Below, piece after piece: positions 27,053-36,088 of a stretch of DNA of 58,425 bases (positions are counted from its first letter, which is position 1; each line of letters starts with the position of its first letter). The notes beneath the pieces were generated by a model. It made no database searches, was not told where the DNA came from, and saw nothing but the letters and a program-made list of their open reading frames with translations. A program made the translations under genes and the position numbers. The stretch is from positions 1-58,425 of the forward strand of contig JALTBU010000203.1 of the NCBI GenBank assembly GCA_027008345.1. The letters are read 5' to 3'. The DNA is from Nautiliaceae bacterium. GTDB lineage: Bacteria > Campylobacterota > Campylobacteria > Campylobacterales > Nautiliaceae.

Positions 27053-28841
27053 ATTAAAAACTTTAACAGTTTTTATTTTCATAATACTTTTAACTTTTTT
27101 AAGCGGATATATTATTTATCAGCTATTACCTAATGTAAATGGTAATTATATTGCTTTAAATAATCCTAATTCTGTCAAGATAAAAATACTTCTCTCTGAT
27201 ACAACAATAGATATGTTAAGTAATAATGGTTTAAATCCGGATAAATATAAAAATGATATACAAGACCTTGCTTTAAAATTAAAAAAAAATGGAATTTCAT
27301 ATAAAATTATTTCTGACAAAGAACTTCCTTTTTTAAATAAAAATGATATTCTTTTTGCTCCTGATACTTATGCAGTTTCTCAATTCGGCAAAAAAAATAT
27401 AAAAAAATTTTTAAGCAAAGGCGGAACATTAATTTTTAATTTCAGATTTGGTTACTTTAACGAAAACAACCGATTTTTTAACGCCAAAACAATAGAAGAA
27501 ATTACAGGCCTTAAAAAATCAATAGATTCAATACCAAAAAAAGAAGCTACTTTTTTTATTCAAAAAAGAATTTCTCCTCTTAATATGTCCAAAGTTCCTT
27601 TTAGACAGGATTTAGTTGTATATGACCCTTTACCAATATTTCATTCAGATTATATTCCAGATATTGTTTTAACTAACTGGTCAATTACAACACCTCCGAT
27701 GGTCAAGAAAAAATATTTATCTATTTATGACGACGGTATTGCTTGGCACGGATTTTATGGTAAAGGCAAATGGTTTTATTTCTCTTTTCCAACATATGTT
27801 TTTTTAGATATGAAAGACAAAGAATTTAAGAAAATTATAAATAATATAATATTATTTTCAAAAAGCCTTATTTCAATTTCATCTTATCCCTTTATTAATA
27901 AAAAAAATGGAATTTTCATTTCAGAGGATACGGAATATAAATATCCTTACGGATACAATTTTGCCACACTTGCTAAAAAACATAAAATTGACGTCACCCT
28001 TTTTGCGGTAGCAAAACTTGCCAAAAAATATGAAAACATAACAAAAGCAATAGCCAAATTTCAAAACTGTGAAATAGGCTCACATAGCTATTCTCATATC
28101 AAAATAATGGGTGCCCCTATTGATGTGGAAAAAAGAGAAATAATATATTCAAAACAACTGCTTGAAAAAATCACAGGCAGAAAAATTTACGGATTCAGAC
28201 CTCCAAGAGAAGAAATTGATGATACAATGGAAAAACTTATTAAACAAGCAGGATATATTTATGTAATGGAAAAATCCAAGCCTTTTTTACTGCCTATGAA
28301 AAGAAATTTCGGAATTATTACAATTCCAAGACTTGGAACAGATGATTATACTTATCTTATAGATACGGATTTCAATAAATCCCAAATCCTAAAACACATA
28401 ATACTTGAAACCAATTTTTTAACTGCATTAAATGGAACATATACATTAAGTGTTCATACACATTTATTATCATATAAATCAAATATCACCGTTTTAGATG
28501 CATATTTTACCTATTTAAATCATCATTTGAATTTAAATCCTTTAAAAGGTAAAAATATAGCGCTAAAATCGATACAGGCACAAAATATATATTTTAATTA
28601 CACAAGTACAAATAATATCATTTCACTTAATATAACAAATAATAATACACAAATGCTCAAAAATATTTCTTTTAGACTCTACAATCCAAATATTAAAATA
28701 ACCGATATCATACCTGAAATAAGCACTTACAAAATAAAAATTCTTTTACATAATAAAAGTAGAAGATATTATGATTTGCAAATTAGTCATATTCCGCCTA
28801 AAACAACTGTTACAATTTTTATAAAATACAAAAAATTATAA
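27018..28841 (+). CDS. membrane-anchored polysaccharide deacetylase (CE4/NodB domain) with an unknown N-terminal domain and a C-terminal beta-rich domain
   Basis: 607 aa with a TM anchor ([19 protein letters not shown]). The NodB motifs are [18 protein letters not shown] (HxxxH) and GFRPPREE (RPP). An alternative TTG start at 27045 would shorten the overlap with the 60-aa ORF. Confidence 0.82.
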   Translation: MKSAAIIYFLNRLKTLTVFIFIILLTFLSGYIIYQLLPNVNGNYIALNNPNSVKIKILLSDTTIDMLSNNGLNPDKYKNDIQDLALKLKKNGISYKIISDKELPFLNKNDILFAPDTYAVSQFGKKNIKKFLSKGGTLIFNFRFGYFNENNRFFNAKTIEEITGLKKSIDSIPKKEATFFIQKRISPLNMSKVPFRQDLVVYDPLPIFHSDYIPDIVLTNWSITTPPMVKKKYLSIYDDGIAWHGFYGKGKWFYFSFPTYVFLDMKDKEFKKIINNIILFSKSLISISSYPFINKKNGIFISEDTEYKYPYGYNFATLAKKHKIDVTLFAVAKLAKKYENITKAIAKFQNCEIGSHSYSHIKIMGAPIDVEKREIIYSKQLLEKITGRKIYGFRPPREEIDDTMEKLIKQAGYIYVMEKSKPFLLPMKRNFGIITIPRLGTDDYTYLIDTDFNKSQILKHIILETNFLTALNGTYTLSVHTHLLSYKSNITVLDAYFTYLNHHLNLNPLKGKNIALKSIQAQNIYFNYTSTNNIISLNITNNNTQMLKNISFRLYNPNIKITDIIPEISTYKIKILLHNKSRRYYDLQISHIPPKTTVTIFIKYKKL

Positions 28842-29417
28842 AAGTTTTATAATTTTTTGGGCCAAATCAAGTGCTTTTACTCTGTGTGAGATCTTATGTT
28901 TTACAGATTCATCAAGTTCGCCCAATGTTTTATTATAATTTTTTGGAACAAACATAGGATCATATCCAAATCCTTTATCACCTCTTGCTTCATCAATAAC
29001 ATCACCATACATAAATCCATGTGTTGTAAAAACACCATAAGGAGTGGCAATGGCTATTGCCGCTGTATAAAATGCAGGTGTTTTTTTGATATTTCTTTTT
29101 TTGAGTTCATTTATAAGTTTATTTAGATTATCTTTATCACTTGCATTTTCTCCTGCATATCTTGCAGAAAATATTCCAGGCTCATTATTAAGCGCAGGAA
29201 CACTTATACCGCTGTCATCAGCCAATACAATATACTCAGGAAGTTTTTCATAAATGGCTTTTGCTTTAATAATAGCATTTTCTTTAAAAGTAGCACCGTT
29301 TTCTTCAATTTCAAAAGGTTCTATTAAATCAGTATAAGGGATTACATCATAATTTTTAAGTATATTTTTAATTTCTTTTATTTTACCTTTATTTCCACTT
29401 GCGACAACTATTTGCAT
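28836..29417 (-). CDS. rdgB: dITP/XTP pyrophosphatase (non-canonical purine NTP pyrophosphatase)
   Basis: 193 aa. [36 protein letters not shown] and GFGYDPMF are HAM1/RdgB motifs. Confidence 0.92.
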   Translation of the reverse strand: MQIVVASGNKGKIKEIKNILKNYDVIPYTDLIEPFEIEENGATFKENAIIKAKAIYEKLPEYIVLADDSGISVPALNNEPGIFSARYAGENASDKDNLNKLINELKKRNIKKTPAFYTAAIAIATPYGVFTTHGFMYGDVIDEARGDKGFGYDPMFVPKNYNKTLGELDESVKHKISHRVKALDLAQKIIKLL

Positions 29418-29426
29418 ATTAACTCC

Positions 29427-31505
29427 TTATTCTATATTTGCTTTTGGAGGTGAAAAATAATATCCCTGAAAATAATCAACACCTAAATTTTTAAGTTTTT
29501 CAAATATTTCTTCATTTTCTACAAATTCTGCAATAGTACTTATTTTCATTTCTTTTGCAAAAGAAATAATCGTTTTAACTATTATTTCACTGTTTTTATC
29601 GATTAAAATATTTTTAATTAAACTTCCGTCAATTTTTACCCCATCGGGATTAAGTTTTATCAAATAATCAAAATTTGAATATCCGCTTCCAAAATCGTCT
29701 ATGTATATCAACGCTCCTAAATCTTTTATACTTTTAAGAAAACTTTTAACAATTTCATTTTCACCCACATCTTCACTTTCAACAATTTCAAACGTTAAAA
29801 GTTTTTTATTTGTAATAGATGAAATTTTTTCTAAAATAAATGTTCTCATATTCTCATCATCCATATCTTCTAGTGTTAAATTTATAGATATAGCTACATT
29901 TTTTTCTTTAATTTTCTCAATAACTTTACTGATAACTCTTTTTGTTATTTCAAGATAAAGCCTTGATTTTTTTGCAACTTCCAAAAAGAAAAAAGGTGAA
30001 ATTATATTTCCGTTTTCATCAATCAATCTTACAAGAGCTTCATATTTGATAATTTTCCCGTCCCTATCTACAATAGGTTGAAAAAAAGGAACTATTTTAT
30101 CATTTTCAAGAGCTTTTTTTATTTTTCCAAGCCATTTTAAATGCTCTTTATATCTGTTTAAATCTTTTATTTCTTGACCAAAAACTATATCTTTTTTAAT
30201 CTCTTTTGCAAAATCTAATGCAATATCAGCTCTTATAAAATCTTTTTTTTCAAAACTTACTCCTGCTCGGAATCTTACTATAATTTCGTTACCATTTATT
30301 TGATATGGCTTTTCAAGCTCATTTAAAATATCTTTTATAATTTCTTGGAGTTTTGATTCTTTCACATCAGAAAATAAAAGGCCAAATTCATCTATATCGA
30401 TATGAAAAAGTTTAAAATTATATTTCTTTTTTAAATTTTTTAATCTTTGAGCTACATTAATAATAAGCTGGTTTCCAGTATCTACTCCAAAATAAAAATT
30501 AATATCTTTAAATTTATCTATATTTATCAGTACAATAATATACTTTTTATCTTTTGTTGCATCCACAAATTTGTTTCTATTAGGCAACTCTGTCAAAGGA
30601 TAAAAGAAGTTTTTTTTGTAAACTTCTCCTTTGTATTTTTTTAAAGTAAAAAATGTTTTATTAATCTGTCGTTTAAGATATTCAAATTCCGCAAAATTCA
30701 TTTTTTCTTTTAAAACAGGAAAATTTCCTTTAACAGTTGTTTTAAAATGCCTAAGTATTTTTGAAATATCTTTTTTAATACTTGCGTGCATTTTATAAAA
30801 TATAAAAAGTCCTATTAAAAAAAACAAACCTCCAATACTTAAAATAATAAGAAATATCTTATTAACATTGTCAATAACATTTTGATAAGGAAATACAATA
30901 GAAATAATACCCCTCACATCTCCTAAATGATAATTAAATGCCTTATTTCCATATTCTTTTACAATCAGATTATATATATTTGCAGGAACATCTTTATAAG
31001 GTATTCCATGACATCTAAGACAAGATTTTTCAATCACAAGTTTTCTTGCATAAAATACATGTCTTTGATTAAAATATTTATCAGCTGAATGAATACTATA
31101 ATACTCATTCTTATTTTTGTGTTTTTTAAAAAAATTTATTGCTTCTAATTCAGTATTATTAGGCTTGTCTAAAGGATTCCTATATCTATCAGAAGTCTGT
31201 TTGACATAATAACCATTTTCTCGCAAGAGTTTTGCAACCTGATTTGTCACATAAGCAGGAGTTATGGCAAAAGGAGATAAATTTTTATCTTTTATTTGTA
31301 CTTTTGGAGCAATTAATGAAAGATAATGTCTGTAATAAATAAGAGTTTGTGCTTCTAAACGAGCCTGTTGAATTTTCTCTCTTATAACAATCTTTGTAAT
31401 AAAAAAATATAAAAACCCTAATACAAAAACTGCGAGTATAAAGCCAATTAAAGTCGTTTTTAAAAACTCTTTTTTTAAGTTGGTCAATTTAAAATCTTTT
31501 TGCAT
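29427..31505 (-). CDS. c-di-GMP phosphodiesterase: periplasmic haem-c (DUF3365-like) sensor, degenerate GGDEF domain, intact EAL domain
   Basis: 692 aa. Two TM helices flank a domain with CLRCH (CxxCH) in a DUF3365-like context (SDRYRNPLDKPNNTELEAINFF...GDVRGIISIVFP). The GGDEF position reads DIDEF. The EAL motifs YEALVRL, DDFGSGYSNF, KIDGSLIKN and FQGYYFSPP are present. Confidence 0.85.
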   Translation of the reverse strand: MQKDFKLTNLKKEFLKTTLIGFILAVFVLGFLYFFITKIVIREKIQQARLEAQTLIYYRHYLSLIAPKVQIKDKNLSPFAITPAYVTNQVAKLLRENGYYVKQTSDRYRNPLDKPNNTELEAINFFKKHKNKNEYYSIHSADKYFNQRHVFYARKLVIEKSCLRCHGIPYKDVPANIYNLIVKEYGNKAFNYHLGDVRGIISIVFPYQNVIDNVNKIFLIILSIGGLFFLIGLFIFYKMHASIKKDISKILRHFKTTVKGNFPVLKEKMNFAEFEYLKRQINKTFFTLKKYKGEVYKKNFFYPLTELPNRNKFVDATKDKKYIIVLINIDKFKDINFYFGVDTGNQLIINVAQRLKNLKKKYNFKLFHIDIDEFGLLFSDVKESKLQEIIKDILNELEKPYQINGNEIIVRFRAGVSFEKKDFIRADIALDFAKEIKKDIVFGQEIKDLNRYKEHLKWLGKIKKALENDKIVPFFQPIVDRDGKIIKYEALVRLIDENGNIISPFFFLEVAKKSRLYLEITKRVISKVIEKIKEKNVAISINLTLEDMDDENMRTFILEKISSITNKKLLTFEIVESEDVGENEIVKSFLKSIKDLGALIYIDDFGSGYSNFDYLIKLNPDGVKIDGSLIKNILIDKNSEIIVKTIISFAKEMKISTIAEFVENEEIFEKLKNLGVDYFQGYYFSPPKANIE

Positions 31506-31529
31506 ATTATAACAAAAAGGAGTTAAAAA

Positions 31530-34500
31530 TTAAATTTCTTTAACTCCGTATTTTATATGTTGTTCTTTTTTGTGTTTTGCTATTAAATATCTCCAATAAA
31601 GAATCGGAACAACTACCACTGAAAGAAGAGTTGAAGCTAAAACACCGAAAATCAATGAAACTGCAAGACCTTGCCATACTGGGTCTAAAACAATTACAAA
31701 TGAAGCTAAAATAATAGCAAGTGCTGTCAATATAATAGGTCTAAATCTTGTTGCTGCCGCTTCAATTACCGCTTCGTTTATACTTCTTCCATTCTTAATT
31801 AAATCATTTGTAAAATCAATTAGTAAAAGTGAATTCCTAACAACAATACCGGCAAGCGCAATAAAACCAATCATACTTGTAGCAGTAAAGTATGTTTTTG
31901 AATGGAAAAACGCTAATGTAATCCAGTTCATTATTGCATGTCCAGGAAGAACTCCTATAAATGTAAGAGGAACTGCCGCAAGAACAATTCTTGGAACTCT
32001 GAAATTTTTATAATATGCCACCATTAATAGATAAATAAGTACAACCGCTACACCAAATGCAGCACCAAGGTCTCTAAATACATCAAATGTAAGTTCCCAT
32101 TCACCTCCCCAGATTAAATCATAAGTTTTACCTGTTTTTTCATCAATGGCTTTAAGATTAAGTCTTGGATTTCCGTCATATATAATTTTATATCCTGGAA
32201 GCCCTTTATCTTTAAGAGCAAAAAATACATCAAGGAGTGCATATAAACTTCCTCTTTTATTCATTTCACCAGTAACCATTACCATAGGTCTTAAATCTTT
32301 ACTTGTAATCATACCATCAAATGGAGCAGGGACTACTTTTACCACTTCTTTTAATGGAATTAATCTATGAGTTGTCATAGACATAATTTTAATTTTATCA
32401 AGTGCATTTATAGAATCTCTGCTTTTTTTATCGAATCTTACAAAAATTCCAACTTGTTCTTTTTCGCTTGGAATATGTGCAACACTAACTACCGCTCCTC
32501 TAAGTCCCGCTCCGAGAACTTTTGCAATCTGGTCAGTTGTAATTCCAAAAAGAGCCGCTTTTTCTTTATCAGGAACAATTTTATATTTAATAATCTGTCT
32601 ATCTCTCATTATATCAATATCAACAACTCTTGGTGTTTTTTTATATAGCTCTTCAATATAATTTGCAAGTTTTAATCTTCCTTGCTCATCTCCTCCAAAT
32701 ACTTGCATTAAAAGAGTTGCAATTACAGGTGGTCCTGGAGGATCTTCTACAAGTTTGATATTTGCCCCTGCAAAACTACATTGACCTTGAATAATTGGTC
32801 TAAGGCGAGAAACCATATCAATTGAGCTTTCTTTTCTGCCTTTTTCTTTTGGATAAAGATTTACTCTTATCTCTCCATAATTTTCACCTTGTTTCATAGA
32901 ACTTCCTCTTAGAAGTCCGTTAAAATCCACTACTCCACTGATACCTATAAACTGCTCAAAATCATGAATTTCAGGCTCTTTTGCCAAAACAGAAGCCACA
33001 CAATCACTTACTTTTTTAGTCATATCTATACTTGTGCCTTTTGGCAAATCAATTGTGATATTAAATGTATTTTTATTAGCACTCGGAAGCATTTTAAACA
33101 AAACAATTTTAAACACAGGAAGTGCCATACTTCCAAGAAGTGCAATAATTAAAACAGTAAAAAAAATCACTCTTTTTGGTGTAGATTCAAGAATAGGACT
33201 AATTATTTTATAAAAAATTCTGTATGTTTTTGTTTTTTTGATATCAAAAGGCTCTTTATGATCATTTTTATGTTCAGGTAAAAACTTAACTGCTGCCCAA
33301 GGTGTAAACATATAAGCTATTACTAATGAAGCAATCATTGCAATAGGGACATTAAATGGAATAGGTCTCATATATGGTCCCATCATACCAGTAACGAAGA
33401 ACATAGGAACAAATGCTAAAATAATAGCAAGCGTTGCAATATTTGTAGGATTTCCTATCTCATTTGTAGCATATATAGCTGCATATTCTCTTGGTTTGTC
33501 ACCGATTTCAAAATGTCTATGAATGTTTTCAATAACAATAATAGCACTATCTACTAACAGACCAAGTGATAGAATTAATGCAAACAGTGTAATTCTGTTA
33601 ATTGTCTGACCTGCTAGCATACCTATAAACAATGTAATTGACAAAATCAAAGGAACAGTAAATGCAACAATTAACGCTTCTCTCCATCCAAGCATTACAA
33701 TAAGTAAAATCACGATAATTCCAAGTGAAATAAGCAAGTGATAAATAAGTTCATTTACAGCATGATTTGCTTTTTCACCATCATTTCTTGTTACGTAAAT
33801 TTCAACATCTTTTGGAAGCAGTTTTTTAAGTTCCTCTGCTTTTTTAAGAACTGCCTCAGCAACAAAAACTGCATTAGTTCCTCTTTTTTTACCGACAAAT
33901 ATAGTAACTTGATTAAGTTTTGTATCAACTGGAAATTTTTTAACTTCTTTATGAGTTATTAATGGATCTTCATAAAAAGCCTTACCACCTTCAAAATATG
34001 TTTGATGTTTATGCTGATAATCAACTCCATCTACTACTTTTGCTATATCTTTAATATAAATAGGTCTTCCCATATAATCAGCAACTATTAAATTTTTAAC
34101 ATCTTTGACCGAATGAATAAATCCGTCAAATTCAACTGGAATTGAATATTTTTTATTATCAGTCCCACCAAGTGGATAATCTACATTTGCACCTTTAAGT
34201 GCCATTGCAATCTGACCGAGTGAGAGATGATAAGCAGCCAGTTTTTCAGGATCAACTATAATATTAAATTGCCTTTTATGACCTCCTTTTATTCCTATAA
34301 TACTTACATTTTTAACTTCTGCAAGAGGAGATAAAAGTCTTTGTGCAATTCTGTAAAGCTGATAATCATTATATTTTTTACTTGAAAGCGCAAGTGTAAC
34401 AATCGGAACTTCATCAATATCAATTGGTTTAACAAGGGGAGGCATTACTCCTTTTGGAAGCTTGTCAAGATTTTGCATAACCCTGTCATAAAGTTTTGAC

Positions 34501-35051
34501 ATACTTCTGACTTTATCTTGACCGATTTTAAATCTTACAGTCACAATACCAACACTGTTCATTGCCATACCGTATACATGTTTTACACCGGTCATGGCTT
34601 TAAGTGTTCTCTCAAGAGGCTCCACTATAACATTTTGAACTTCTTTGCTGCTTGCACCTGGATACATTACTATCACATTTGCCGCAGGCACATCAATTTG
34701 AGGATTCTCTTCTCTTGGAGTAAAAAATACTGCAATTAATCCCATCAAAATTAAAGTCAAAGCAATAACAGGAGTTAAAGGGTTTTTAAGAAATGATCTT
34801 GCAAGACGACCTGCAATATTTAGTTTAAGTTCTTCTTCTACTTCTTTTAACTCTTCTTCTTTTTGATGAACTTCTTTTTGGAGTTTTTCAAATTCTTTTT
34901 CTTTTTTAGCTATTTCATCTTCAAGCATATATATCTCTGTTTCAAGTTTTTTAAGTTCACTTATGTCACAAGCAGAGTTTTTCATCTCTTCTAACTGCTT
35001 TTTTTTCTGTTCAACAAGCTCTTTTAATTTTTTTAATTGCTCCATCTCCAC
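31530..35051 (-). CDS. RND efflux pump inner-membrane subunit with a roughly 77-aa N-terminal coiled-coil extension
   Basis: 1173 aa. From residue 78 or so (NIAGRLARSFLKNPLTPVIALTLILMG) it has the standard 12-TM, two-loop RND layout. Residues 1-77 are heptad-like and Lys/Glu/Leu-rich. The start is GTG at 35051 or ATG at 35045, and the ATG has AGGAG just upstream. Confidence 0.9.
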   Translation of the reverse strand: MEMEQLKKLKELVEQKKKQLEEMKNSACDISELKKLETEIYMLEDEIAKKEKEFEKLQKEVHQKEEELKEVEEELKLNIAGRLARSFLKNPLTPVIALTLILMGLIAVFFTPREENPQIDVPAANVIVMYPGASSKEVQNVIVEPLERTLKAMTGVKHVYGMAMNSVGIVTVRFKIGQDKVRSMSKLYDRVMQNLDKLPKGVMPPLVKPIDIDEVPIVTLALSSKKYNDYQLYRIAQRLLSPLAEVKNVSIIGIKGGHKRQFNIIVDPEKLAAYHLSLGQIAMALKGANVDYPLGGTDNKKYSIPVEFDGFIHSVKDVKNLIVADYMGRPIYIKDIAKVVDGVDYQHKHQTYFEGGKAFYEDPLITHKEVKKFPVDTKLNQVTIFVGKKRGTNAVFVAEAVLKKAEELKKLLPKDVEIYVTRNDGEKANHAVNELIYHLLISLGIIVILLIVMLGWREALIVAFTVPLILSITLFIGMLAGQTINRITLFALILSLGLLVDSAIIVIENIHRHFEIGDKPREYAAIYATNEIGNPTNIATLAIILAFVPMFFVTGMMGPYMRPIPFNVPIAMIASLVIAYMFTPWAAVKFLPEHKNDHKEPFDIKKTKTYRIFYKIISPILESTPKRVIFFTVLIIALLGSMALPVFKIVLFKMLPSANKNTFNITIDLPKGTSIDMTKKVSDCVASVLAKEPEIHDFEQFIGISGVVDFNGLLRGSSMKQGENYGEIRVNLYPKEKGRKESSIDMVSRLRPIIQGQCSFAGANIKLVEDPPGPPVIATLLMQVFGGDEQGRLKLANYIEELYKKTPRVVDIDIMRDRQIIKYKIVPDKEKAALFGITTDQIAKVLGAGLRGAVVSVAHIPSEKEQVGIFVRFDKKSRDSINALDKIKIMSMTTHRLIPLKEVVKVVPAPFDGMITSKDLRPMVMVTGEMNKRGSLYALLDVFFALKDKGLPGYKIIYDGNPRLNLKAIDEKTGKTYDLIWGGEWELTFDVFRDLGAAFGVAVVLIYLLMVAYYKNFRVPRIVLAAVPLTFIGVLPGHAIMNWITLAFFHSKTYFTATSMIGFIALAGIVVRNSLLLIDFTNDLIKNGRSINEAVIEAAATRFRPIILTALAIILASFVIVLDPVWQGLAVSLIFGVLASTLLSVVVVPILYWRYLIAKHKKEQHIKYGVKEI

Positions 35052-35053
35052 TC

Positions 35054-36088
35054 CTATAATTTTTGTCCATCAACTAAATTCGCAGGTGGATAAAGAATGA
35101 CTTTTTCTCCGCCTTTAAGGCCTTTTACGGCTATATAATCACCTTCTTGTGAAACCTGTTTTACAGGTACAAAATTTGCAACATCATCATTTGCTATGAA
35201 TACGCCCACAATTCCTTCTCTTGTAGTAAGTGCCGCAAAAGGAATAAGCACAGCTTCTTCTTTTCCTACTACAATTTTTGCTTTTGCATACATTCCAGGA
35301 ATAAGCCCTTTTGCATTATTAAATGAATACTTAACAACAAAAGAGTGAGTTGCAGGGTCAGCACTTGGAATAATAGTTGAAACTTTTGCCTTATATGTTT
35401 TTTTAAGTGCCGGCACATAAATATTAACAGGCATTCCAAGTTTAAAATAATCTAAATCACTCTCTTTTACAAAAGATTTCGCTTTAAGAGAGTTAAGATC
35501 ACTCAATACCACAACTGGATACCCAGGAAGTGCCATTTCAGCTACTTTTTTCATTTTCATAGTAACTACACCATTAATTGGTGATTTCACTTTTGCGTAT
35601 TTAAATTGTGCTTTTACCCTATCAAGCGCAGCTTCTGCTTGTTTTAGCATTCCTTTTGCCATATCAACCTGTTTTTCTCTTATATTTTTCATTAAAGTAA
35701 TTTTTTCGAAATCTCTTTTACTAACAGCGCCTTTTGCATATAAATCTTTAAATCTTTGATAATCTTTAAGAGCATCTGCATATGCCATTTCAGCCATTAA
35801 AACTCCGCTTTTTGCCTGCAAAACGGCACCTTCCGCCTGATTTAGCATTGAATTTATATCTGATGGGTCAACTTCAAATAAAAGCTCTCCTTTTTTTACA
35901 ACATCGCCTTCTTCTACCGGCATCTGTTTAATAAATCCCATAAGTCTTGTAGCTACCATAACTTGATTTTTCGAATAGATATTCGCAACATAATCTTTTG
36001 TAATATTTATATCAGCTTTTTTAGCCACTGCAAATTCATATGCAAACAGACTTGCAACACTCAGTGCCACTGCCATTATTTTTTTCAT
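35054..36088 (-). CDS. RND periplasmic adaptor (membrane fusion protein, HlyD family)
   Basis: 344 aa with a signal peptide, then a lipoyl / alpha-hairpin / beta-barrel pattern (VEEGDVVKKGELLFEVDP ... coiled segment ... SPINGVV). It overlaps tolC by 4 nt. Confidence 0.88.
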   Translation of the reverse strand: MKKIMAVALSVASLFAYEFAVAKKADINITKDYVANIYSKNQVMVATRLMGFIKQMPVEEGDVVKKGELLFEVDPSDINSMLNQAEGAVLQAKSGVLMAEMAYADALKDYQRFKDLYAKGAVSKRDFEKITLMKNIREKQVDMAKGMLKQAEAALDRVKAQFKYAKVKSPINGVVTMKMKKVAEMALPGYPVVVLSDLNSLKAKSFVKESDLDYFKLGMPVNIYVPALKKTYKAKVSTIIPSADPATHSFVVKYSFNNAKGLIPGMYAKAKIVVGKEEAVLIPFAALTTREGIVGVFIANDDVANFVPVKQVSQEGDYIAVKGLKGGEKVILYPPANLVDGQKL

